Source of the DNA: Dimorphilus gyrociliatus
Lineage: Eukaryota; Animalia; Annelida
Assembly (NCBI GenBank): GCA_904063045.1
Contig: CAJFCJ010000025.1
Location: 682,001 to 746,000, forward strand
Reading direction: 5' to 3'
DNA: 64,000 nucleotides
Position 1 is the stretch's first letter. Each line of letters begins with the position of its first letter. Shown here one piece after another: positions 1 through 13,500 of the stretch. A program made the position numbers and the translations under genes. A model generated the notes under the pieces. It ran no database searches. It saw nothing but the letters and a program-made list of their open reading frames with translations, and was not told where the DNA came from.

Positions 1-542
1 TATAACGGTTATTTGTAAGTGTAAAATTGAAGACAACTTCTCCTGCTTTAGTGGAAAAGCTCAAAACGCCGAGTAAAAACAAATCTAATAAAAATTATAG
101 TAATAAAAGTAGAACATTTTTCCATTATCATAAAAATCTGAAGTAGATAAAGTTATAAATTCAATTCAAATCGATAAGTAGAGATGATTATATAGTTGAG
201 AATAAATTGAAGGAAGGTAAGAAGAGAGAAAGAAGGGAGAGGGAGAAAGTTGAAAACGAAAGAGAAAGAGAGATATAGATGAATAGATAGAGAGCGGATG
301 AGAGTTAAAACATTATTTATTAAACGGTTAATGTTTAACGACTTCATCAATATAGATAAGATTAGAGGAAACTGGTATAAAAATAGATGATACATTTTGT
401 TAAGAGCTAAGGAAAAAAAGAGAGAAATATGGAATGAATGAATGAATGAATGACTGTTGTTTACGTCAAATAAATATGCATATATATACATATTTTGAGT
501 ACTTAATTTTATAATTAAGTATACAGACAATGTTTCAAAAGC

Positions 543-573
<31 letters not shown>

Positions 574-2139
574 CCAATAGTTTTAGTACATGTGTCTACC
601 ACATGATATTTTTTTACGTTGAAATTAAAGCTAGTAATTTTAATTAATATCTTTCCATAGAAAATTCCTATTTAACAATAGAATTATATTTCATTTTTAA
701 TGTTTTTTATTCATATAAAAATTCTCATTTATGATAATTTACAGATTAATTAATAATTTAGTAGAATATTTAAACTGTATATTTTATACGATATATAGTT
801 TTTATACATTCTCTCATTATATTCCTCTTTTAATCATTTGTTATTAGTAGTATTATTACTATTATTATTATTATTATTCTCTTTATATTTCATCTCCCCT
901 TCTAACTTGAACACGACATAAACTTGCATTCATTTTATTCATATATTTGTACATATAAAACCCATCATATTGATATATAAAGTATATAAAGTATATATAT
1001 ATATATATATACATTTGAAAAGATGGAAAAAAATAGGAAAAAAAAGGAAGAAAACTGGTACAGATTTTCTATGCTGCTATATTTATGCTCTCGCCTTCGC
1101 AGGTTTCTCTTGCACACACACGGTTTGTTTAGTTGTTTTTCTTTTTGTTTTCTGTAGACTTTATATAAAATGAAAAAGATAAATTATTATATAGATTATA
1201 TAATATACAATATATATATATACTGTATATATTTTATATATTTAACATGCTTATGCCATATTTAATAATAATAATAGAAACTAATTTATTCTCTTATAAT
1301 ACAGTAAAAAAATAGATTTATTTTAAAGGCAAAGTGTAATATGCATATATATATATATATTCATGTATTTCTGGTTTGTTCTTATTGATTCTAATAGAAT
1401 AGAACATTAATATTAAAAATACAACAACCAACTTTCTTACTCTTCTATATTTCTTTAGAAAGCTCTTTTTTTCATTTTAAAACAGTCTATTTATACCTTT
1501 TCGTATGTGGTGAAAAAAAAATTAACGGCTTTTCTTTTATGCCGGCCTTATGAATCTCTTCTAATTACATAATACTTCTATACTATATATATATATATAT
1601 ATACAATATATTCAAAATGTGCCTGCGTAATTCACATTCGTACATATTAAATGTAGCACTGTCTTTCTCTTCACATTTATATATATATTATTTAAATTTT
1701 AATATTCAATATGATTATACAGTTAAAAAAATAATATATAACCTTTTCCGCTGACCGGGTCAAAATTTTAATATTATAAAAATCTTAAGCCTATGATTAT
1801 GTCAGGCGAAAAAAAGTATATAAGTCAACACAAGAATTCAATACTATTCGCCTTTACAATTACTGAAGGCTGTTCTAGAAAAATATCTCGGTGAAAATTT
1901 ATTTTTTATTACTTTTTTATCTTCTTTTCTTTGTATCTAGCAATGATAATCTATTTCATGTTTTACCCATTTTATTTTACTTAAAAACGTTACTCTTCTT
2001 CTTAGAAATTCTATTATTTCGTTTAAACGATCAAGAATAGATAGATTGAGGGAAGGAAGGAGAGAGGAGGAGGAGAGAAGTAGACAAGAAGATAAGAATA
2101 GAGAGAGAGAGCGAGACATGTACAGAGAGAGGAAGAAAG

Positions 2140-2186
<47 letters not shown>

Positions 2187-3213
2187 ATGAGAAAGGGACG
2201 AAATAACAGAGGGAGAGAAAGAGAGGGGCAGACTTGCAGACAGCATTCAGACGGTCAGAAAAAAAAGGAAACGAAAGAAATAGATCATTATTATTATAGT
2301 GATAATAGTAATAGTAGTAGTGTGTAGTAGTTATAGTAATAGTAGCATTGGTGCTGGTTGAACAATTCCAGATCTATTATTTAAAATAAAATATTATGTT
2401 TGAAGGCGTAGTCTTTTTTTCTTTCTCATTCTGATTAGAATATTCCATACAAAAAAAATCTGTATACTTAATACAGTATTGATTATATTTCAAGTATATA
2501 TATATATATATATACGGTATATGCTGTAGAGTAATGTGTTATGCCTTGCTGCAATATATTATTACAAATATATATATATATATGTATATATATTCTGTAT
2601 ATATACTGCATATGGGAAACTATATTTACTGTATATTCAATATATTTTCTATATCCGTTTAATGTATATATATATGTATACATATACTGTACATACAGAA
2701 CACCTGTTTTCTACGATTGGCTTAATATATACATCGCACATACTACAGAATACCATAAATATGAGTACTCTAGTTATTATGGAATAGGCTATTTATTCTA
2801 TTAAACATGTAAAATTAGGTCATATATGATAAATATTTCCCCTATACATGGCTTATCTTTTGCAGGATACATGATATATACTGTATATATTAGTATATCA
2901 GTATATATGTATTACTTTATAGACATGTGGAAAAGCTGCCTTACAGTTCTCTTTTTGTTCTAATCTTCTTTCGCTGTTGTCCCTGCAATAGTTTTCATGT
3001 AGTAAACATTATTAGTAGGTTGTTAATTAATGACGTCGCTAACAAATAAAAAAACTACGCTTGATATTGTAATTGACATAGTAATTTAGGGGTTTTTTTA
3101 TAAGTAACACTAAATAGGACAATTTTTACAAATGTAATAATAGATAATATGTACTTTACTTGATTTATTCAATTAAATTCTTTTTTTTTTAAAAAAAAAC
3201 AGATATCGAAAAG

Positions 3214-5390
3214 ATGCAAGGAGGCGAAGAAACAAGGCTTCGACGTCATAGTTCGGTTGGAAAGAGAGATGAAAATAAGGAAAGGGGTAATTGGAGTGGC
3301 CAACTTGACTTTCTTATGAGTTGTTTATCGTACGCCGTCGGTTTAGGAAACCTTTGGCGTTTCCCGTATCTATGCTATAGAAACGGGGGTGGAGCGTTTC
3401 TTATTCCATACGTTGTAAGATTTTTTTCTTCTTCTTCTTCTTCTTCTTCTTCTTCTCCTTCCTCTTCTCCTTCTCTTAACAATAAAAGAGAAAAAACAAA
3501 TATAAACATAAAAAATATTATCTAATCAATATACTAAATTTATTATAAAACCATAGATAATGTTGGTATTCACTGGTATACCTTTATTCTTTATGGAATT
3601 AAGTTTCGGACAATTCGCCGCTGAAGGAGTGATATCCATCTGGAAGGTTAGTCCGCTCTTCCAAGGAATAGGATGGGGTATGTTTATCGTGTCCTTCTTT
3701 ATTTCGGTCTACTACAATATGATAATTGCCTGGACACTATACTACCTATATAATAGTTTCTTTGGTTTTTCATCCGACCTATCGTGGACAACCTGCGATA
3801 ACGAATGGAATTCTCTAGAATGCGGATTGGAAAAATTTCAAAAAATCCGAAATTGTACTGTGAATAGCACGGGTGTTTGGTATAATGAAACTTGTGTCAA
3901 GAATACAACCGAAAACCATCAATTAATCGAACAGATAACTGGATGGAGCAATTCAACTTCAAATATTAAATCAATTTCTTACGCTAGCGACGAATTCTTT
4001 CATAGGAATATGTTAGATATTTCCGAAGGATTTCACGAAATGGGTGCACCAAAGTACGAAATGATCATATGTCTTTTTGCAGCTTGGACCTTGGTTGGCT
4101 GCTCTTTAATCAAGAGTATTAAGTCATCTGGAAAAGTAGTATACTTTACTGCAAGTTTCCCGTATATTGTCCTCATATGTTTATTAGTTAGGGGATTAAC
4201 GTTACCTGGATGTCTGGATGGAATACTTTTCTATTTGACACCGCAATGGCACAGACTTCTGTCAGCTAAAGTGAGTTATTATAAATAAATAGAAGTGCTT
4301 ATAAATTTACAAATTTAGCACATTGTAAAAAGAAGATACATTTGCCAGATGTTTAATCGTGGGAAAAGCTTAAACTGATTGTTTGCTTTTTAAGACAAAA
4401 GTATCTTTGGCACTATTATCAGTCTTTATGGTCTTTTTTTTGTTTTTGGTTAAAAGTAGGATTACTGTAACAAAAAGTATCTCTAATATGATAAGAAAGA
4501 AGAAGGAAGAGAGAGAAGGGAGCGAAAGGGGGAAGGGGAAAAGAGGTGGGGGCTTTAATTTGATAAAGCAAAAAAAAAGAAGCAGTAACGCAATTAATTC
4601 GAGATTAATCCAAGATTGATAGAGTTAATTGATTCCAATATATATATATATATATATATATATCTATTTGATATATATCCAACAATGTTAATTTATTCCT
4701 TACTTATAGCAAGTTCATCATGTCCTTCTTTGTCTTTGTATGCTCTTTATAAAAAACGAAAAAGACACCAAAGAAAGGTGCAGACAGATAGACAGATACA
4801 AACAGATTTTCTTTCTTTTCTTTCGTTACACAAGTACTTTTTTTTTCTATTTAAATCTATTTTATATATATTTTGAAGTCATCGTAGCGACCTTGTATGT
4901 TAAAACTGCTTATGTATAATGCTTAACACATGCCTCTTCCTATTGATCCAACACATATGTCCACGTTAAAATTTTTCTTTTGCCTTTTTTCTTTCCTTCT
5001 TTCCTTCTTTCTTTCTTTTTGTCTTTCTTTGTTTTTCCTTTTTTTATGATCAAGTTTATTGGCCTTAGATTATATTGCAAAAATCCAGTTATTAATGAGT
5101 TTCTACGGAAAATAAAAAAGGTGATTTTCTTATATGGTTTTCAAGTTATAAGGCATCTGCAGTCCTTAACGTCTTTGATTGACTAAAAGCTGTTTAATCA
5201 ACGCCAATTTTTTCCACTATTCTATATCCCATATCCTTTATTCGTCTCCTTATCACTCTACTTCTGCTACTTTTGTTGCTGTTTCTTCCTATTCTTATTC
5301 AAAAAAAAAACTTTTGCTTATAGTACCTCTCTTCTGATTTGATTTATTCCTATTTTATGATATATCTGCATCTCTGGTTCCCCTCTCTTC

Positions 5391-5422
<32 letters not shown>

Positions 5423-6626
5423 TTCTCTCTCTCTCCCTCTGATGAAAATTAAATATACAGCTAGTTAAAACTTTTATTAAAAATACCTTGTTGTAACATA
5501 ATAGCACTTTGATGTTTTTTATTATTTCTTTTTAAGAGAGGTTTTTCTTTAATTAATTAATTTTACTAATTAATTATTAATATTATTATCATTCTTTTGA
5601 GTTTAGTGCATAAATTTTGATTTTCAGGTTTGGGGAGACGCCGCGGTTCAAATATTCTTTTCGTTATCGCCTTGTTGGGGTGGTTTAATCACTTTGGCAT
5701 CGTATAATCGTTTTAGAAATAATTGTTTAAGAGACGCCCTATTCGTTTCAATATCGAATTGTTTGACGTCATTCTTTGCTGGATTCGTTATATTTGGAAT
5801 AATTGGTTATATGGCACACATCTTTAACTTACCTGTAGACGCAGTAGCGAAAGAAGGAGTTGGATTGGCTTTCATCGTCTACCCAGAAGCAGTATCTAGA
5901 TTCCCTGTGGCTGCTATTTGGGCTGTTGTCTTCTTTCTCATGCTACTCGCCTTAGGTTTGGGAACGCAAATTGCAACTGTCACAACAGTCCATACTACAC
6001 TTATGGATGTTTTTCCAAAGGTGTTTAGAGTGGGACGAAGGCCTATGATACTTACGTGCATTGTTTGTATTGTTGGTTTTATCTTTGGTATAAGTTGCAC
6101 AACTAGGGGTGGTATATTCATGCTACAACTAATTGACAACTACGCGGCTACGTATTCTGTATTGATAATAGGCCTGTGTGAATGTGTAGTTCTTTCTTGG
6201 GTTTATGGAATAGATAGATTTTCAAAAGATATTGAACAAATGATAGATAAAGAGCCTTGGATGTGGTTTAAGGTACTGTGGAAATACGTTACACCAGGAT
6301 TACTTATTCTCATAATACTTTTTACGTGGATCGATTATACACCTTCTAATTACGGAACATATAAATTTCCCGCATGGGCAGATACTTTGGGTTGGATGAT
6401 GTCAATGACCTCGGTTATGGCCATACCAATCGTAGCATTATATAAAATAGTAAGAACAAAGAGCCGAAATAACGAAACATTATGGCAAAAAATATGTAGG
6501 TTGTCGCAACCATCGTGTAGTTGGGGGCCAGCAATAAGTAAATACAGGAAACCACACCAAGACGAAACATGCGAACCTCTTCAAACTGACGAACAAATGA
6601 GATTAGCAGATTTACAAAAAGCTTAA
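3214..6626 (+). CDS. SLC6 sodium/chloride-dependent neurotransmitter transporter, glycine-transporter-like (about 637 aa)
   Basis: Exons 3214-3414, 3557-4270 and 5628-6626, all phase 0 with GT-AG introns. SLC6 motifs: [58 protein letters not shown] and GLAFIVYP. The TM1 Gly marks the amino-acid class and the TM6 Trp is GlyT-like. An AG just upstream of the ATG means an upstream exon is possible. Confidence 0.93.
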
Positions 6627-7048
6627 TAGATATAAATAAGAAAACAAAGCAAGCAATTAAAAACAAAAAAACGTAAAGATATTTTTAGAAAGTTTAGAGC
6701 TAAAAAACAACAAAAAACAATAAAAAAATAACAAAAAATGTTCACTTGGAAGAGAATTTGAAATTCTTTTGTGAAGAGAAGAGATGAAAATATTTAAATT
6801 TTTTATTTCTTCTTTTTTCTTTTTTTTGTCTTTTTCTTTGTCATATAAGGATCTTAGAGGATTTTAGAAACTACTACTACTACTACTGCTACTTTGGCCT
6901 TCACTTTAAAACAAGGATAGAGGAAAAGTATTGAAGTCAATATAGATGAAAATGGTAAATAGTCTAAAAAATTCGTATTTTTATATCACCATACTTGCTA
7001 ATTATATTTTTTATGTAAAATTAATGGAGTATGTATATATTCCTCTTA

Positions 7049-7085
<37 letters not shown>

Positions 7086-7443
7086 CGCTCACTCGCTCTT
7101 TCTATCTACCTACAAAACTATGTCTATGTACAATTCCATTTCAATCATCTTTCCTCTTTACTCCCCTTAAACCGTCCTTTGATCAAATAGTTAATACTAT
7201 GATACGTTAATATTGTTTTTAGGTTATATATACAGAATATATATGTTAATTATTTTTGGCCCGAAATGAGTAAGATTGGAAAAAAAGACTGTATTAGAGT
7301 TATATAATTCGTATAATTTACTGAAATTTCTTGTCTTTTATAGTATAAAAAAAATGACAACATATACTTTACTTGAAGAAATCTTTATCTATGTGTCTTT
7401 TATATATATACAGTATATATATATATATATTGATATAAACAGT

Positions 7444-7475
<32 letters not shown>

Positions 7476-7803
7476 ATATAAACTGTTTATATTCAAAGGC
7501 TGATTTAATTAATACAAGATTCCCTTCTAAGTTTTGAATAAATATTTGTACTAGTTTCTTTCTTTTCTTATTTATTTAAATAGTAAAACAAACAAATAAA
7601 CAAACACCTATATTGTTTATATTTATCTTAATATTAAAATTAATACAGTACCGGTTTTGTTTGAATTATCATTATTATTATTATATTCAAAAACCATTCA
7701 AAATACATTGATTAAAAAGAGAGAGAAAAAAGAAAAAACAAAGAAAATCTTCTTTTTCAACACAAAGAGAATTAATTTTAATATAAAGTTGAAATTGAGA
7801 TAA

Positions 7804-10142
7804 TCAACAATCTTTAATACTTTTATTCTTTGACTTTTTCTTAAAACTGTTCAAACTCAATAAACCATGAAATTTATTATTCTTCTTCTCCGTTAAATCT
7901 TCTTCAATCAATAGATTCAATTCAATTTCAACGTCGGAATCTAATTTTATCCATTTTTGACAATTAATATCTCCAGCCAGAGTTACGATATCGTTTAATT
8001 GCATTGTTTTATAGACTAATGATCTTTTATCAGTAGTCTTTATAACAAATATTAAGACAGATGTTTCTTGAACATGAGTAGCTTTGAATTTTAAATTCAA
8101 GTTGTTAGTTTGTATATTTGACGATTTGCACAAAAGTTTCGATCTATCCGAGCTGTAAAACAAATATAATTTATATTTAACGGTACATTACGTAATGGGC
8201 TTTACGCAATAGTATAAGTATAAATACCAACTTTTTTTGCAGTTTTATTTTCAAAGTAACGTCGCAACTAGGAAAGATAAAGCCGCGAAGTCTAATGGCT
8301 GAGCCATTAATAGTAAACAGTTTGTTTTTATTCGAGCATGGAACGGCGTTCAGAGGTTCAGATCTGTAAAGAATTTATGCATATATATATAGATAGATAG
8401 AGTATATATGTGTGTATTAGTGTATTTAGTTTTTAGATAGAGAGAACGAAAAAATGGCGGGAAAGAAGGAATTTAAAATAAGAACTGAAAATGGTTTTGT
8501 GCGTAGAAGTGATAATGAATAAATAGATAGATAGATAGATATAGAGATAACCGACGTATGCAACAATAAAAATAACAATACAAAATATAAAGCTGTACAA
8601 GTATCACCAACTGTGTTGATAAATTAAACTTTAAAACCATACGAAAATATATACAACCATATAGATTAGTTTTGACTTACAAAGCGCGCATTCGGCGTCT
8701 ACTCTTTTTCAAGAGAGGAACGCTTGAAGTATGAATATATAAAGATGACAGAAGTAGGAGAAGGATGAGAAAGAGATGGGAAAAAAAAGTAAATAAATAA
8801 AGATCATGATATAATAAGCTAATCAATTAATCAATCAATTAGTTAATTAATTAATTAATCAATCAATCAATTATAAAGAAATATCATAAAAAAGGCAAAA
8901 AAATACTATTTATAGTATAAATAGATTGTTTTTAATAAAAAAATATGGGATGTATTTAAAGAAAAGAGCTTTTCTTTATTTCTATTAAAATCTCGAACCC
9001 ACTTACGATTCTGTTCTTTGCGTCTCAACCGTCTTTGTCAAATCTTTAAGATCTGTTGACGAAGCCCTTCTCCTTTTATATACTTCTCCGTAATCAGTAC
9101 TCAAATGGACGGCGCTATCTTGAGATTCGGTTGGGCTAAGAACTTCCTCCGATTCAACTTCCTCTTCGGCTGATATAACTTTAAAACGTAGCTGAATACT
9201 TCCGGAGCGCGTTTTATGAAGATTGAACCATCTTTCAGCTTGAAAATCACTTTGCTTTTTTAAATCAACCAACGTAAATGGAATGGAACCTAGAAAATCC
9301 TTTTGAAAGAATGGGTCCCTATCCCAGACAGTTATCTCTAAAAGTTCGTGACTTTTCGGTAGTTGAAGAGTAACCGATTCGTCCCAATAAGGATTTAAAG
9401 TCTTCTTTTTACAACTTGTCGAAAATATCTTTTCATTATTTACCCTCACTTCGCAATAAGGGTCGCTATAGCCGTTGGTGTCCATTGCCATTAAATCCCT
9501 TCCTTGAATGATATGCATCTCTAAAAGACCGTATCCTTGAGCTAAGATGCCAGGTCCCTCTCCTCTCCACTTTTGCAGTCCGGTCAATTTATTTTTCTGT
9601 ATTAGATAACGAAAAAAGAAAAGCAAATTAATAAATCGAACTTTGGCTGATAAATAAATGAATGAAAAAATAGACTAATAAGTGAATATTCTATTTTCCA
9701 TTAAGCGAAGCGGCAAGATGCTGCCAAGCCTTAAAGAATTTTCCCTTCAATTAAATAGCCAAGGTTAGACTCAATACTATATTTCTTATGCATAAAATTC
9801 ATTTCAATTCTATATAGATATATATAGATATGCATACTATTATTACAAGCATAAAATATATTCATCGCATTCTCTATGCAAATTCCCTCTTTGTCTGCTA
9901 GATGTCAGCATCATTCAATTTCTAGTTTGTTTACACCAGATAACTGCATTAATTTATAATAATAATAAAAAAAAAACCTTTGCATTTTTAGTCTACTTAA
10001 AGAAAGATTGCCAACTCTCCTGCTATACATGTACTAACCATCTCATTAAACATAAACACTTGACATTTTAAAACTGCGCCATCTATCGTTTTAATTAGTT
10101 TATATTTTTAAATTAATAAAAATATTAGAAGTAGACAGTTAA

Positions 10143-10182
<40 letters not shown>

Positions 10183-10503
10183 GTGAAGAAGGGTATTAAA
10201 ATAAAATGAAAAAAAAGGACTAACTGAATGTATTCAGTTTGCTGCATAGATAATCTTATTGCAGTAGTATACAGTACAGCATGCAGAATATAAAATATAT
10301 ATATATATATGCGTGTATCATCATAGCCATATTTTTAAATGAAAAATGCATATATAAATATGCATAAAGCTATCTTATATAATATACAGTATATGTATAA
10401 TTTCATATTGTTTTTTTTTTACCAAAATAATCATTCTTGTCACATTGAACGGCCTCTAAATAAAGATTTTATCTTTAATTTTTTGTTTGTTTCCTATATT
10501 AAC

Positions 10504-10547
<44 letters not shown>

Positions 10548-13500
10548 GTAGATTAGAGAGGGTGATGGAATCAAGGAGGGATTGAGAGTATTCTTGAATA
10601 AAATAAAAAAAAAACCAAACAACAACTTAATAGATATTTAGTAAAGGTAGCCAATACAAACTATTAATTAATAGTTGCCGTATATGTTATTAAAGAAATA
10701 AAAGAAAAAAAGAAAAAAGAAGAGGTAAAAGATAATAATAGAAATTAATATACAAATAAATTAATTAAAATCATTAATTAAGCTTATAAAAACAAAAAAA
10801 GTATCTTTTAATCGTCCAAGCTCTCTTTTTTTTTTTTTAAAAAAAAATAATTTAAAAATAATTATTTAGATATATATATTCTCTTTTAGTAATGAATATG
10901 GTCTGTTGATTGTGCTAATTATACAGATCTTTTGTGCCGTGTGTGCTTAAATTTTCATTTGTTTTGTTTTGTTTTTTTTTTAATGCTTTTTTTTATATAC
11001 CTCAATTGAATCCGTTGTTTGCTGAAGAGGATACAACAAAAAATATTTACGATATATAGAAAATATTAAAGATATTAAAAAATATATAATATAAAGAAAG
11101 TAGGAAGAACTTATTGGAAATATTAGAATTATTGAGAAGAGAAATGAGAGATGGAAGGAGGGGACAACAAAGTGATTTTTTTTAATATGGAAAAGATAGA
11201 AACAAACGTTTTTCAAAACATCAAAAACACTTACGGCTGAATTCATAAATCCTCTACTTTTGCTAACTTTTGCTTGATCCTCTGTAGATGTTTCAGACAT
11301 GGCCACTGATGGAACTGGATAAAAGATAACTGAGACCATAATCGATCCTAATTGTTCATTCGCTACGTGACCGCCGTCTTGTTGCTTATAACCGAGTATT
11401 AAAGAATGTTTCAACAGAGTAGGCTTATCGCTCGTCAAGGTAAGATCCGATAAGCCCAAGAAATCATCTTCCGAACTACCATGTCCGTCCCAATCGTATA
11501 CAAGAAAGGAAAGTGTCGTCTTTGTATAGTCAGATACAATTACGTCGACAGACGAATTCCATTGAGGATTTCTTGTCCGACATATGTAATGAGTTGTCTT
11601 AATCCTTTTTCCCTTGTAATAAATAACGCAGTAGGGATCCGACATGCCATTGCGGTCTAAACCTAATAGATTTGAGCCAGAATGTAACCATACTCTTAAA
11701 ACTCCCGAACAGCAGTCGACCTTTTTAACATTTTCATTAAGGGATAATGGTGATGTAGGTGATATAGCTGAATCGACATCATCCCCCCTCATTTCTGTTA
11801 ATTTATCTATGTCCTCAATAGGAATTTCAGTGAATTCCAATCTAACACGATAGTATATTATTCCATTAACATCTAACTTATTAATTTTCTTCTCTAAAGT
11901 AGTTTCAACGATATTTTTCAGTTCGAATGGAAAATTAGATAATGGTAAATCGAATGCAGCAATTGTATAAGTTGTAAAAAATCTCTTTGTCTTGCATTTT
12001 ATCTGTAATTTATTCATTTTAACATCTTCTACTAAAAACGAAATCGTATCTTCGAAAGGCTTATTTCCGACGTTACTAGCCGTATGTCTCTTCTGATCAG
12101 CTAATTTTAATTGTATATAAAAAGCTTCATTCGATTGTAATACTGCAAAAAGACAAAATAGTAGAAAAAAAAAGAGATAATTAGACTATCGTTAGAAATA
12201 TCGAGAATTAAAGAGAAATATTTAAAAACGTACAAGCATTATCTTTGGATTGCTGACTCTGCAAGGTGACGGTCAGAACGCCTTGAGCTGAAAATAACAT
12301 GAAAAAAACAGCTATATCTTTATATAAAAGTTAAAATTTGATTAAAAGACATTAAATTAAAAAAAAACTACAAATAAAATTAAAAGAGATGAAGATAAGG
12401 AAAAAAGAAAAAAAAACTTTTAAAGAGGATAAAGGAATAATTAGCTCACGCAATTTTTGATACAAAATACTGTCGTGACTATAATGTCAAAAGTACAATA
12501 ATATATCAAAGATTTCATTACTTGAAGATTATTTAGGTCTATATTGTAAAATATTTTCTACTTAATTTATTAAATATTTGAATAAACGATTTGAATATTT
12601 GTATTATTTTATATATACATTATTTATTTATATTTACCTAAACTTCGCATTGATCCCTCTCCACTCAATGGTTCGTAGGTTGGACCACTATTCTCAAATG
12701 GAATATCTATCTTTCCCGGATCTACCAACGCTTGGGTAAAGGCGTCCATCACTAGGTTGTGAATCCAACTTTTAAGCATTGGTATTTCCATTACTTGTAA
12801 AGACCTCAAAAGTCTTAGAGAGAACCATACTTGAGGTTTTTCGAGGAATGATAAACTAATTGAGGATATATGAGGAAAGGCACAATCTTTTTGGAGGTTT
12901 AAACTACAAGAAAGAAAAGAAAAGAGTACTCTAATATTAAATTATAACAAGATTAAAGATTGAAACTAGATGGATAATTAAATTAAAGAGACATAAAATC
13001 AAGTATAAGATTTTTAGATGGATAGAGAGAAAGAATTAAAGAATTACAAAACTCATTTAGATATTTACTAAATGTTGAGTAAGATAGAAAGAACATAAGC
13101 AAATTAGGAATTAACCTTAATTGCATTTTTCCTTTGATATTTAACTTTTCTATTGCAACATCAGCGCATATTTTTTTCCATAATTTGCATCTTAACGTCA
13201 TTTTGAAGTCGTCGCTGCTTAGATCCACATCACACTCCAAGTGAATTTGGTAAGTCTGCATTCGATTTAAGCCTATACGGGTAATAAGTACATAATATAT
13301 TTTACAGTGCAATATACTGCATGTACTGTATACAACATACTGTATATAGAGAGAAAAGTGAAATTGAGAGGGTCATTAAAAGGAGGAGGGAGGAAGGGAG
13401 GAGGGGAGAAAAAGAGGTGTATAAAATATATAGGTTGTTAGTACTCCATCTCAAATGTTACAGAGTCAGTTTTATTGATTTTATTCTAAACGAACTAATC

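Noticed and set aside
1750-1762. Palindrome TGACCGGGTCA as a nuclear-receptor element
   Set aside because: The half-sites are everted and truncated, it is a single occurrence, and it is compatible with chance.
153-2804. Numerous ORF-track entries rich in SLSL, ERER or IYIY (also at 17002-17448, 26271-26519, 51051-51314 and elsewhere)
   Set aside because: They are translations of (CT)n, (GA)n and (TA)n microsatellites, with no domain signal or splice structure.
5230-5240. ATATCCTTT as a U12-type (AT-AC) donor in SLC6 intron 2
   Set aside because: The flanking exons join in frame through a standard GT-AG intron, and no matching U12 branch site or AC acceptor was found.
9711-9730. GGCAAGATGCTG resembling the 5' part of miR-31 (similar text at 48196)
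   Set aside because: The 3' half diverges and there is no complementary arm. It is better explained as a CAAGATG YY1/Kozak-like motif or as chance.
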